55,734 nt of DNA from Octopus bimaculoides (lineage: Eukaryota). Below are positions 1-12,660 of this stretch, one piece after another. The stretch lies in assembly GCF_001194135.2 (NCBI RefSeq), contig NC_068984.1, positions 35,669,201 through 35,724,934 on the forward strand, read 5' to 3'. Position numbers and translations under genes: made by a program. How positions within the stretch are numbered: the stretch's first letter is position 1; each line of letters begins with the position of its first letter. Below the pieces are notes generated by a model. The model made no database searches and was not told the DNA's origin. It saw nothing but the letters and a program-made list of their open reading frames with translations.

Positions 1-31
<31 letters not shown>
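1..31. repeat. (TA)n microsatellite at window start
   Basis: Pure TA dinucleotide run. Confidence 0.95.
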
Positions 32-34
<3 letters not shown>

Positions 35-456
35 TCTGAAAATAAGATTGATAAGAGGGACTACGGCTAGACAGTTATTTTTTAATCACTACACATGTTT
101 TCATAAAACATATATGTGAGCGTGTACATGTATGTATGTGTGTGCATGTGAGTGCGTGTGTGCTTTACATAATTAATGCAGACGCAAACTTCACTTTAGT
201 TTTTAATGCGCGAATTCATAATATATGACAGTGCCGCATAACTATCCTTAGTCTGTATGAATAATGTGGCAATTGCGCATGCACGCAAGTGGTATGGTGC
301 TGGTACTGATGATGGTGAGCAAAACTGATATGACGACGGTGGTAATGATACTGATCATATTCGTGATGTTAACGCCGTACGATATACATTTCAAATAAGT
401 GTGCGTGTCTGTGCCTGTGCATTTATGTTTGTGTATGAAGCATAAATGTACATGCG

Positions 457-487
<31 letters not shown>

Positions 488-1181
488 TGTCGGCAAATAA
501 TTATTTCATCAATGATGACAGTAAAATAATCAATGATCACGATTCAATTTCTTTGTGAGAAATATAAACCTGGATTCGAAAATAGGTAACTCCCATTTAA
601 ATTCCTGCAACAGCAGCTATTGATTGTTCTTATCACGGATAAAAGCTAACAAGATTGGCCAGTATTTTTGAACTGAAGATTATGATAAGAGGAACTTCAA
701 GGATGATTATAAAAATTTATCAGTAATTTTATGACATATTCTTTAACTTTAATAGCATGCGAGAAATAAAGTCATTCACACATAAGTATACATTACACAA
801 TACGCACAATAACACATCAATGGAATCCCAGGAATCTAAGCAGCTTAGTTTTAAATCATTATTGCAGTAAAATTTTGTTTGTATACTTTTTTTCATTTTT
901 TTAATCCTTGTTATCTTCAAACACAAAAGGACTAAATTCAATTATATGGTGCTCACAACATATACGTCGTTTCACATACACGCATACACGTCTCATTCCA
1001 AATCACATATATACGAGTACACGCACAGGCACACATATAGAGATGTATTGTTATATATGTTGTATACTTACGTGCATTTGGAGCTGCATGTGAATGTAAT
1101 TTACACACACGCAGGCACAAACGCCAGCACTCACTCACACACACACGTGTGCGTGTCTGTGTGCTTGTGTGTAAGTGTATT

Positions 1182-1212
<31 letters not shown>

Positions 1213-2615
1213 TTAATCATATGCAATAATATACTAGGAAGAGATGTTGAAAGAGAGAAAGAGAAATTCAGAGAGACGAACGTTCAAACTTAATTGTCAA
1301 TTTAGATTCATATCAATAATAACTAGAAATTTTGTATTCACATAATTTTGTATATTATTTTCATATCTGTTTTGTTTGTTTTCCTGTATCACAATGGCAC
1401 ATTTATTCCTTGGGTAATATAACATCGCGCTAGATGATTTCACAAAGACATCCCTCCAATAAATGCTAACGTATACTTCGAGTAATATTTGAAGCAATGT
1501 ACAATAGAGGAGCAAAACGTACTACTCTCAAATACATATGGAATTTGGTAGCAACTATGTATATTTCGGATGAATGAACCAACTCATTCACTTCACCTGA
1601 TGATTTATATATCAGCCAGAACCTACATTTTGCAAAAAGGTTTTGATTGTCTTCACATCCGGTATTCACTCGAGTTTTCGAAACTCCAGTTTCACACAAA
1701 TGTGTGCCGAATGTTTTTAATTAACTGACCGTCTGTGTTATGAAGGATATCATGCAAAAACATTCCAACATGAAGTATTTCATTGCACGGTGCTTTCTGC
1801 ATATCTCGATGATGCGTATTCTATCTACTTTTTCGCTCGTTCATGGTTGTAAAAACGTACTAAATATTCATATTATTTTTTCTCTTATAAAAAAATGTTC
1901 CAAACAATTAGAACCAATGAAGCAGGTGATTGGGAGACTATTGAGAACGTTGGACAATTTCCCGAATTTATATTTAGTTATAGTAATCTACTTTCTGAAC
2001 TCAAATTCTACTGCGGTCAATACAGTATTTACTCCTTCGAAAATTCTGGTCCATGGCAATCCATTTGATATGCAATTGATGTTGATTCTGCTTTTATTTA
2101 TAATTAATTGTACCCAGCTTTGGAACCCATTTTGGGTTAGGATCAAACTATTTGCTATATCCAAAGAAGCAACATCGTTTATAAAACGATGACATCTTTC
2201 CGTATAGCTTGGATAAATGCATTATTCAGTTTCTGTGTGTATTTCGTTTGGTATTTCTTATACTCTCGTCCAATCACATCTTCTAGTCTTATATTTACTT
2301 TCGCACTATTTGTTTTAATTCTTTCGTTTTCTATTTTGAAAATGTTCCTATATTTTGTGAATATTGTAACTGTTGAGTATATGGGTTGATTTATGTTGGT
2401 CCTTGCTTTTTCGTGGTTAATGATTATCAAATTTACTCTACATATTTTTGTTCTGTGTTATCAGGAATTTAATAAACTTCTCCCAATGTTAGACAGGTAA
2501 TATATTAATTTGGAAATCTTTCCCAATTCCCCCACCCCAATTTATCACTATTACTTGCAAATGCAGTCTTTTGATATGACAGTTTCATACATACATAGAT
2601 TCATACACACACATG

Positions 2616-2655
<40 letters not shown>

Positions 2656-3408
2656 CACACATATTCCAGGTGGTTTATCTGCATCTGAGAGTCAAAACGC
2701 ATTATAATCTGCTACGCTGAAAGATAGTACTTCTTGCGATTTGTTGACTACTAGTATACGTTATATACACGTTAGATGTATTCTTTTCTTATTTTTTCAT
2801 AGTGAAATATTAATTTTCTTGTGGTAGTGCTAAATCTTCATGGCTTGTAAATCTCGCTTTCACGCACGTAGAATTAAGACGACGAATATTGTTGATAAAC
2901 AAATTATTGATCTGTAGTATATATATTTTTTTAATAGGCTTCATTTCATACAATAATTCCCAGATAGATATTTTGTGATTAAACCGTTACTGTAGTTTGC
3001 CACACATTCCTTAATAATCTCGTATGTGTTTCGATTATCTTCAGGCTTTCTTATTGCACATCTTACATATTATTTTTCTTTCTGTTATTCATGAATCACA
3101 CAGTGTTATCATTTTAGGTGCCTCTATAATGTTGTGGAATGAGTTTCATATAACTTATTGTTATGACTGAGCAGAACACGTTTTCGAAAACATTTTGTTC
3201 GCAACGATTTTTAAAAAGATTATTACAACGCCTTTCATACCCAGAATGTCTTTCCTTTAATATATGTCTTTTGAATATTATCCTTTTGGGCAATCGCTTG
3301 CATTTGATATTTATTCGTTTCTGTATTGCGAAGTTACCTAAGGTGATTCTGTTGCTGTTATCCATTTGCATACTTTATTTCTTTTTCACTATTTATTATT
3401 ATCATTAA

Positions 3409-3472
<64 letters not shown>

Positions 3473-3550
3473 GTTGTTGTTGTTGCTGTTGTTGTTTTTG
3501 TTGTTGTTGTTGTTATTATTATTATCCTCCTCATCATTATTATCATTATA
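3409..3550. repeat. Compound trinucleotide microsatellite (ATT)n-(GTT)n-(ATT/ATC)n
   Basis: Read directly; explains the poly-Leu and poly-Ile/Thr ORFs in the track. Lies immediately upstream of a SINE head. Confidence 0.95.
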
Positions 3551-3767
3551 AATGGCAGTGATCTGACAGAATCGTTAGCGCGCCGGACCAAAAGGCTTAG
3601 CGGCATTTTGTTTGTCTTTACGTTCTGAGTTTACATTCGGCGGAGTCAATTTGTCTTTCATCCTATCGGGGACGGTAAAATAAGTACCAGTTGAACACTG
3701 CGGCAATATCATCGGCTAACCTTCTTCCACAAAATTTCAGGCTTCGTACCTATAGTAGAAAGGATGA
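3551..3767 (+). mobile_element. tRNA-derived SINE (octopus-type), near full length
   Basis: Head AATGGCAGTGATCTGACAGAATCGTTAGC (A-box-like), GTTCTGAGTT B-box region, core TTTCATCC..GGGG..ATAAGTACCAGTTG, 3' AAAATTTCAGGC..CCTATAGTAGAAAGGAT. The same blocks recur in five other copies in this window. Confidence 0.85.
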
Positions 3768-6216
3768 CTTAGTTGGCAATAGATGCCAATATGGAATATT
3801 TATGTGAAAATATCTCTTCTCAATATCCGAAGAAGACAAAACACACTGCTTGGATATACAGAATTATTACTTTCATTTCCTGATTTGTATATTTCTTGCA
3901 ATTTAATAACATATAATTCTTCGTACTTTGAGACAATTACCACAAATTACAAATGAAAACAAGTAACATGCATCTTTGTAATCTAATCAAAGTATTCATA
4001 TAACGAAGTAAACAAAATAAAAAATAATATAACGAAGTAAACATAATAAAAAACACACAAAAACAAAATCGCACAAACATAAAGAGGTGTTGGTGTTGCA
4101 ATATAAGTAATGAATTACTTATATTACAACGTCGATGTAAACAATGTGAAATTGAGCTGCAGTACGCCGGGAAACAGGCAAACTTTACCCCAAAAAGACA
4201 AAATATATGGTGGGAAAAATGTATTACTCCTCCATGTTTGAGAAGAACCGAGACACGCAAGGAACTGTTGCAACACTGTGTTATCATTTCTCCTTTCCTT
4301 TTATGAGAGATTTGAGACGCCATTACAACCATTAACCCAAGGTAAATCAAAAGGGAATTTCGACCTGCCTTTCAGGACCGAGACAGAATGGTAAGAGGAA
4401 ATTATATACGATACATTTATTTATCGATTCTTGTATCAATTTATGGGGCAAGTTTGTAGGGGCATTATTTGGGTATCGACCCTGATCTTTCAGGGTCGAT
4501 ATAGACGGGTGGTAAGTGAAAAATTGATAAAATACTGTATGTAGCTACGTGTGTCAGCATGCATTTCTATCTCCCTATGACAATTCAAAACCACGGAAAT
4601 ATTGTAAATATTGCGTCTATTTTATGCACTGAAACAAAAGCTATGAGAGTAAAGATGCATATTTAAAGACCGAGCAGTTATACTGTTGTACAGGAAGAAT
4701 AAATTCAATGTTTTCTATCCCAAGCATGGACGACCGGTTCAATAGAAACGGCAGTTGAAGGAGTCGAGTTTTAACGGTGGTAGGGTAGAGAGGAGTGGAG
4801 GATAAGGGACGCCCATAAAAGAACGGATACTAGCAAATCTCTGACAACCACAATATGCAAAAGCAGCAGACCCATTCATTGTCTCTCAAAAAGAGGCAGT
4901 TTGATCTTGGATAAAACTTCCTTGCTCTCTATATGATAACATTTTCTTTCATTTCCATTCAAACACACTTTGAGTGTCATAAAACAGAGGGCATCATAAA
5001 ATTTGCTTAAGATTAAATTTCCATTTTAAATTGTGATCGAAGGTATATCTAAAGTTTTCTAACGCTTTCGAAATCAATATCATATTTAATTTCATATTTT
5101 GTGGTGTGTTGCCGAAATTGTAGATATATAGATGAAATGGCATTTAGTTGCGTCAATTTTCATTTTGATTTTCAAAGGTGCTGAGATCAAAGTTCGCAAA
5201 TTTCACTGCTTATTTCTAACTTACAAACCACAAAAGATGATATTGCATAAAATTATCAATTAAAATTATCAATACTTTCATTAGGGTGTTTAAGATATTG
5301 AATTGTATGATCGGCAATGTGAAGGGATCAGTCATATAGCGTACCTGTATAGATTTTCAGCTCAGGTAAGGCACAATCTGATTTGAGCTTCATATACCGA
5401 GGAAGATGACAAGTTTAATTATTATTGCACTGATTAAACTGTCAAAATTTCCCAGCAGTTATGCAGTTATATGCGTTTAAAAATTGATAATTTTTTTATT
5501 AGATCTATTTCTAATGTGCGCCATTTTGTCAGTTTTCCTAATGGTTCTCAGCTATGTGTGACTCTTCCTATTATAAGCTTAATGGCGTATTCTATACGGT
5601 TTTCGTTTAGATATATATTACTACACTATCATGTAAGAAGGAGGCTGGACATACTTTAATAAACAATTAGTTGCTCGCCATTCTCGAAAATGTTCTGCAA
5701 TAACAAACACCCTTTCTCCGCTAAAAGAAGTTAAGCTTTCAAGCTTATCTCTTTCTAATGAAAATTCTGTATATTAACACTGATATACCATACATGTTGA
5801 TGGTCGCACATAACTTGAGCTAATGAAATTGATTTACTTTGTTGAATTATGTATCCTCTCTAAGGAATAAAACTTTTGAAATGTTTAAATTCAATCTAGA
5901 AACTATATCTTAGTGGAACTAAAACATATTGTTTTGTATAATAGGAATGATAGGTCAATAACGTTTTCCATGTTATTTTAACTATCCTGCCATTATATTA
6001 ATATTATTGAGAGCATTTGATTTTTTAATATCTGCATGGCATCAATATTCGTAAAATTTAATTCTAAGACTCATGCAGTAACTTACAGTTCCTATAATTA
6101 GTAATCTATCTAAGGGCTAATTTCAGAAGTTACTTTTAGAGTAATTCAGCGTAAGCATGTAACAAACATTTTATATAGAGGCACGCAATAATCCCCACCT
6201 ATTCTTCTTCTTCTTC

Positions 6217-6218
<2 letters not shown>

Positions 6219-6281
<63 letters not shown>
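6219..6281. repeat. (AAT)n microsatellite forming the 3' tail of the adjacent minus-strand SINE
   Basis: About 21 AAT units contiguous with the SINE 3' end. Confidence 0.95.
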
Positions 6282-6406
6282 CATTTCTACTATAAGCACA
6301 AGGCCTGAAATTTTTGGGGACGGGGCAAGTCGATTAGATCGGCCCAGTACGCAACAGGTACTTAATTTACTGACCCCGAAAGGAAAAAGATCAAATCAGC
6401 CTCGGA
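6282..6406 (-). mobile_element. SINE 3' half (same family as 3551-3767)
   Basis: Plus strand reads TTTCTACTATAAGCACAAGGCCTGAAATTTT..GGTACTTAATTTACTGACCCCGAAAGG, the reverse complement of the SINE 3' blocks. Confidence 0.85.
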
Positions 6407-6684
6407 AAAATCATAGTCAGCGCATCAGCAAAGAAGCATAGTTTATCGCAAAATATAAACCACTTTTGAAATTTTGCCACCACAGACGGAGCAACAAGAA
6501 AAAATTATAATATTTCCAAGCACTACTACTACGACCACAACAGGTCACTTTTAGGTCATTTGACTATTAAAGATTCTATGAACAACTTACTGTGATACAG
6601 CACTCCTGTATTTTTCTTTTCTTTTCTATCCCGTCTCCCTCTTCATTCTCTATTCCTACTTTTCCTCATACACCTTCTTTTTTT

Positions 6685-6780
6685 TTCTTCTTCTTCTTCT
6701 TCTTCTTCTTCTTGTTCTTCTTCTTCTTCTTCTTCTTCTTCTTCTTCTTCTTCTTCTTCTTCTTCTTCTTCTTCTTCTTC
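6685..6780. repeat. (TTC)n microsatellite running into an assembly gap
   Basis: Read directly; source of the poly-Phe/poly-Lys ORFs. Confidence 0.95.
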
Positions 6781-7108
6781 NNNNNNNNNNNNNNNNNNNN
6801 NNNNNNNNNNNNNNNNNNNNNNNNNNNNNNNNNNNNNNNNNNNNNNNNNNNNNNNNNNNNNNNNNNNNNNNNNNNNNNNNNNNNNNNNNNNNNNNNNNNN
6901 NNNNNNNNNNNNNNNNNNNNNNNNNNNNNNNNNNNNNNNNNNNNNNNNNNNNNNNNNNNNNNNNNNNNNNNNNNNNNNNNNNNNNNNNNNNNNNNNNNNN
7001 NNNNNNNNNNNNNNNNNNNNNNNNNNNNNNNNNNNNNNNNNNNNNNNNNNNNNNNNNNNNNNNNNNNNNNNNNNNNNNNNNNNNNNNNNNNNNNNNNNNN
7101 NNNNNNNN

Positions 7109-7139
<31 letters not shown>

Positions 7140-7811
7140 GAAGCACTTCATGCAAACGCGCGTGTCTGTATCTTTGTATTTTTCCGTCCACTGCTTGGCA
7201 ACCGGTGATGATACGTCCACTGCTTGACAAGAGGTGATGATTCAGAAACCTTATTTTATAAGGTTTGTGAATCCGAAACTCACTCGAAATGAATCAACAA
7301 CGTTACCTAAATCAACTTCCGCTATTTACAATAGCGATAATGCGTGCTTGATAACGTTTAGAACTGAAAGTGCTTGCACATTTATTAAAGCCTACACACA
7401 ATTTGTAAAATTCCTTCCTATAGATATATTTTTTGACAAATTTCACCATAAAAATCTTCTGAAAATTCTTTCATCTGAAGTAAATCTTGGAAGCAAAATA
7501 GCTGTGAAAAACAGTATATAAGATTGACTAAATACCCTTAGAAAACGGGGCAAAATCTGACCAGCAAACCGCACAAGCGTATCGGACTCTTACCTCTCAA
7601 ACTTCAGTAAGCATTCGCTATCATTGTGCACCTTGATGTAAATGAACAAATTGATTAAAAGGCTGTTTGTATATGTCTCGTTCGAATGATTTGAATTCCT
7701 TTCGAGGGTGACTCGAGTATTCGGCTTGAAGAATATTCTCTCGCAGTAACAGTTGCTAAATCACCTGAAATTCATGGGGATGCGAAATAACTCACCATTA
7801 ATCTCAATTAG

Positions 7812-7984
7812 GAGTGATGGACATCGATATTTCCGGGCATACCTGTACACATTATGCATGCTATATGTATATAAATCGTGAAATGGCGAAATTATCCATC
7901 TCCAATTCTGTATGTATACTTGATGTTGATAAGCAACACAAATGGCGAAATATTGATGTCCCTCTCGCTTATATTGGATCAGAA
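7812..7984 (+). CDS. Candidate internal exon, unknown product
   Basis: AG|..GAA|GTAAGT; only one frame is open (VMDIDISGHTC..PLAYIGSE). No homology recognised, so it may be chance. Confidence 0.25.
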
Positions 7985-8255
7985 GTAAGTTACCTCCCCT
8001 GTCCATGACTTCCAGCTGTTTTAAAAGCCGTCGCTTTGACAGAGTATTCTCCTCTATAGGATGTCGCATCCTACCGCCAAATACACAGTTGGTGTAAACG
8101 AAAGCGCTCACACACTAGAAAACACATGTTCCCCAAAAAGATTACTAACATCCTCATAAAACATTTCAGAACATCATTTTTAAAAATAATTGTTTAAAAA
8201 TTTCACTTTTACACTTGAAGAACTGTATTAAGAATTTATCATAGACTTTACCATA

Positions 8256-8422
8256 TCTACAACATTTGTGGGAAAATCTGTCTGTGGGTGTGTTTGTGGA
8301 GTTGTTAGCTAACTCCTCCTATATCGTTTTATCGATTTCGATGAAAGTTGATACGTAAGTAGAACTCATGTCCGGCATACTGAGACCGTTAAAAAAGTCG
8401 ATAATAGGACCCCTGGAAGAGA
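8256..8422 (+). mobile_element. Non-autonomous Helitron-like 5' segment
   Basis: A|TC start, then a (TG/TCTG)-type microsatellite-like tract and AACTCCTCCTATATCGTTTTATCGATTTCGATGAAAGTTG, a motif I recognise from 5' regions of non-autonomous Helitron/DINE-like elements. Interrupted at 8422/8423. Confidence 0.5.
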
Positions 8423-9010
8423 TCCTTATATATATAAAGCAGAGGATGTTTGTGTGTGTGTGTGTACGTGAATGTTGTTTATGCACGTCCACAAATTAGC
8501 ATGCATGTCGCTCCAATTTTAGGAGGAGATTCAGAATGACATTATGTGCATTTTGGCCAATTTTTTCTCTCAGATGTCCCCGCGTATAGCTGTAAAAATC
8601 GATAAACTTTTACGAATTTTGAAGTTTGTTGACATGGCGAAGTCAAATCTGTGCGTACGCGCGTGAAGGACAGTGAGAGAGTCAGACAGACAGAGAGAGA
8701 GAAAGAAAGAAATAGTGTGTTTGTGACGGGGGGTGGGTTACAGTGTTTGCTCAGAGTTTACTTTGCTAGCGTCTAAATAAAAAAAAGAAAAGAAAAAAAG
8801 ACAAAACAAAAGAACGAAAAAGTGAAAAGGGAGGCAGAAAGCGTATTAGGAATGAAAATGTAGTTAAGACAAAGAGAGAAAGTTCACTAAAATGTACAGA
8901 GGGTCATTCCGAATCTACTCCTAAAATTGGAGCGACATGCGTGCTAATTTGTGGACGTGCATAAACCACATTCACGTACATACACACACAAACATCCTCT
9001 GTTTTATAGA
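8423..9010. mobile_element. Foldback element with ~110-bp inverted arms, each resembling a Helitron 5' end
   Basis: Arm 8423-8540 matches the reverse complement of 8903-9010 with only a few substitutions plus a microsatellite length difference. Both outer ends read A|TC(C)T..TATAAA.CAGAGGATGTTTGTGTG. Confidence 0.75.
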
Positions 9011-9016
9011 TATTGA

Positions 9017-9242
9017 CTAGCAGTATAGCCCGGCGCTGCTCGGGATTAAGCTATGATTATTAAGTGATCAAGTGCTTTATTTCAAACCAAAATAAGTAAC
9101 ATGGACATCAGATTTGAGCGAAATCCGTTGAAATTGGTTTGGCTGAAAATGGTTTGCTGGCAATTTAATTGGGAAATCCCATAAGGAATCAGTTTATTGG
9201 TTATTTCCACTCATTGACTGTTTTTTTAAAAGTTGCATTAGA
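9017..9242 (-). mobile_element. Helitron 3' terminus (hairpin plus CTAG) and adjacent body, truncated by gap
   Basis: Minus strand CCCGAGCAGCGCCGGG hairpin (9029-9044), 8 nt spacer, CTAG (9017-9020) followed by T: the canonical Helitron 3' end. Confidence 0.75.
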
Positions 9243-10569
9243 NNNNNNNNNNNNNNNNNNNNNNNNNNNNNNNNNNNNNNNNNNNNNNNNNNNNNNNNNN
9301 NNNNNNNNNNNNNNNNNNNNNNNNNNNNNNNNNNNNNNNNNNNNNNNNNNNNNNNNNNNNNNNNNNNNNNNNNNNNNNNNNNNNNNNNNNNNNNNNNNNN
9401 NNNNNNNNNNNNNNNNNNNNNNNNNNNNNNNNNNNNNNNNNNNNNNNNNNNNNNNNNNNNNNNNNNNNNNNNNNNNNNNNNNNNNNNNNNNNNNNNNNNN
9501 NNNNNNNNNNNNNNNNNNNNNNNNNNNNNNNNNNNNNNNNNNNNNNNNNNNNNNNNNNNNNNNNNNNNNNNNNNNNNNNNNNNNNNNNNNNNNNNNNNNN
9601 NNNNNNNNNNNNNNNNNNNNNNNNNNNNNNNNNNNNNNNNNNNNNNNNNNNNNNNNNNNNNNNNNNNNNNNNNNNNNNNNNNNNNNNNNNNNNNNNNNNN
9701 NNNNNNNNNNNNNNNNNNNNNNNNNNNNNNNNNNNNNNNNNNNNNNNNNNNNNNNNNNNNNNNNNNNNNNNNNNNNNNNNNNNNNNNNNNNNNNNNNNNN
9801 NNNNNNNNNNNNNNNNNNNNNNNNNNNNNNNNNNNNNNNNNNNNNNNNNNNNNNNNNNNNNNNNNNNNNNNNNNNNNNNNNNNNNNNNNNNNNNNNNNNN
9901 NNNNNNNNNNNNNNNNNNNNNNNNNNNNNNNNNNNNNNNNNTGTGTGTGTGTGTGTGTATGTATGTATATAATATATTTTATTTTCAAGACCAAGGGAAA
10001 TAACACATTCATTTTCCTAAATTATTACATAAAAATGAAATTGAGTATGCTTATTTCTTAGTATTGGAACTGTTAGAGTCATTTTCGCAATTTATCCAGT
10101 ACAACATTTAACAAGTAAATATTATTTTCCTAAACAATGGATCCACTTATTTCGGTTGGTGACTTATTGACGAATATACCAATTCTAGCGCCCCTAGGGG
10201 TAATATTCTACGGGAACGCAAAAGGCCCTTTACAGAGTTATTTACTTTGAATTGTCATTGTCTCATATCTCATTACTCTGTTATTACGTAACATGCTTCA
10301 CGATTTTAGTATGCATAACTTATTAGTATTTCCTCTTATGTTCTATATAGTCTGGGAACGCATGAAAGCACTTTCCAGGTCTACATTATTTGAATTCTTA
10401 CTATCAAGTAACGAATTTCATGTTATTACATAATTGAATTCAAAATTTGGGTATTCATAACTGATTGAGAATTCCTAAAAACAAGATACTGTGGAAGACA
10501 GTTAGGTATTATTCTCTGTAAAAGCACAAACCGTCTTAACGGCTGCACACTTTGTATTGTTTTTATTAG

Positions 10570-10632
10570 ATTAGCGAAACACTTATGAGAACGGAACCAA
10601 GGGATAAGCCCCGCTTTTCCGGGAATTACCGG
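10570..10632 (+). CDS. Candidate internal exon, unknown product
   Basis: TGTTTTTATTAG|..CGG|GTAAGT; 63 nt, single open frame ISETLMRTEPRDKPRFSGNYR; phase-compatible with 7812-7984. Confidence 0.25.
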
Positions 10633-10648
10633 GTAAGTCAGATAGTAA

Positions 10649-10854
10649 TATATGCGCTACAAGACTATGAGTACCTCCCAACTGGCATACACAGGGCCTG
10701 GAGGTACTGCAATCCCAGAACCACAAACAGTTAGAGATCTGGGCATCAACATGTGTAGTGATGCATCATTTCACATGCACATTATCAAGTTGACAGCAAG
10801 GTGCAGACAACTGGCGGGGTGGATACTGAGCACTTTCCGTACAAGGGATCAAAA
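10649..10854 (+). mobile_element. CR1/L2-group LINE RT C-terminal fragment, truncated by gap
   Basis: Translation YTGPGGTAIPEPQTVRDLGINMCSDASFHMHI..CRQLAGWILSTFRTRD matches the (V/E)RDLG...HI...GWILRTF pattern of CR1-type ORF2. Confidence 0.8.
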
Positions 10855-11185
10855 NNNNNNNNNNNNNNNNNNNNNNNNNNNNNNNNNNNNNNNNNNNNNN
10901 NNNNNNNNNNNNNNNNNNNNNNNNNNNNNNNNNNNNNNNNNNNNNNNNNNNNNNNNNNNNNNNNNNNNNNNNNNNNNNNNNNNNNNNNNNNNNNNNNNNN
11001 NNNNNNNNNNNNNNNNNNNNNNNNNNNNNNNNNNNNNNNNNNNNNNNNNNNNNNNNNNNNNNNNNNNNNNNNNNNNNNNNNNNNNNNNNNNNNNNNNNNN
11101 NNNNNNNNNNNNNNNNNNNNNNNNNNNNNNNNNNNNNNNNNNNNNNNNNNNNNNNNNNNNNNNNNNNNNNNNNNNNNNNNNNNNN

Positions 11186-11226
<41 letters not shown>

Positions 11227-12542
11227 ATGTATATATATATATCTATATATATATATGCACACACATACATACACATACACACACACGCACACGCACACAC
11301 ATATCTATATAAAATCGTTAGTAGCCAAGACAGAACAAAGATTTGTGTATTTCCCCTTTTTAGGTTTCCCAATAACCAATCATCCTCTACTATATTTCAA
11401 AGTTATATTGCGTTCGAATTTACATTCTTGTCTCTAAAATGCATTCGATACTTTCGAATTTTGTTTATAAAATGTTGTACATATGTGTGTGCATGTGCAT
11501 GTGTAATAAATTCAAAAGTTTGAACAGAATTGAAGCAAATAAAGATGCGAAAATTTCACACGCATGGCAGGACGCTTCTAACTCTTCAGCAGTTATCGTC
11601 CAAAGATCCTTAAAATTTCATGCATTTAACGATAATATTGTTCATTTTAGTGGCGTCATGCCAAGAAGGTGAAGTGAGTATTGATGGAACAGTGGACAGT
11701 GATGAAAACAAACACTGCAAGATGTGAAAATTCAAACATAATTAAATAAATATACGTTACATACTAAAACAATTCCTTGCGACTATAATAAGGTAAGAAT
11801 ATATAGGTAACGCAAATAAAATATCGGATAGGACTGGGAACGAAAGTTTAGTAAAAAACCAAACCGTGTTCAAAGCAGAGGAGAACAGGGGAACGCTTCT
11901 GAGGGATTTGCGATCAGACGAAAAAGTGTTTGAAAGCATTTTCATAAGGTATGTTACATTTAAACATTCTATATATTATATCAATTGTTTACTTAAACAT
12001 TTACAACTCAACTTACAAATTACGTTTTCCATAATTTCCAGATTAGAAATTAAAATTTCATTTCATCATATTCCCAAATATCAGTTTAGTAATTTTGGCT
12101 TGCACACAAACTAATTAATAATCACCAATATCTATTGCTTTTAAGATGACTCAGAAGTAATAATGTCCCGAAATATATACACATATGCACATACATGTAT
12201 GCATATTGTATATATATATATTTAAATTTATGTATATATATATATATATATNNNNNNNNNNNNNNNNNNNNNNNNNNNNNNNNNNNNNNNNNNNNNNNNN
12301 NNNNNNNNNNNNNNNNNNNNNNNNNNNNNNNNNNNNNNNNNNNNNNNNNNNNNNNNNNNNNNNNNNNNNNNNNNNNNNNNNNNNNNNNNNNNNNNNNNNN
12401 NNNNNNNNNNNNNNNNNNNNNNNNNNNNNNNNNNNNNNNNNNNNNNNNNNNNNNNNNNNNNNNNNNNNNNNNNNNNNNNNNNNNNNNNNNNNNNNNNNNN
12501 NNNNNNNNNNNNGGAGCCGATGTGTCTACCGTCCGTCCATGA

Positions 12543-12543
12543 T

Positions 12544-12641
<98 letters not shown>

Positions 12642-12660
12642 TATATATATATAGATAGAT
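12543..12660. repeat. (GATA)n tetranucleotide microsatellite
   Basis: Read directly. Confidence 0.95.

Noticed and set aside
1740-2192. 150-aa ORF, and THAP- or ankyrin-like impressions in 1400-2430
   Set aside because: No complete motif in any frame; an ORF of this length is near chance expectation for this window size.
4690-4860. Possible RTE C-terminal remnant (GRVE..GRP-like)
   Set aside because: Needs frameshifts to assemble and has too few conserved residues.
7761-8111. 116-aa minus-strand ORF with DRGG, as in the P-element transposase C-terminus
   Set aside because: Only four residues match and the rest of the domain pattern is absent.
10185-10200. CTAGCGCCCCTAGGGG as a CTCF site
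   Set aside because: It is one G short of the core spacing and mismatched at the CCAC end.
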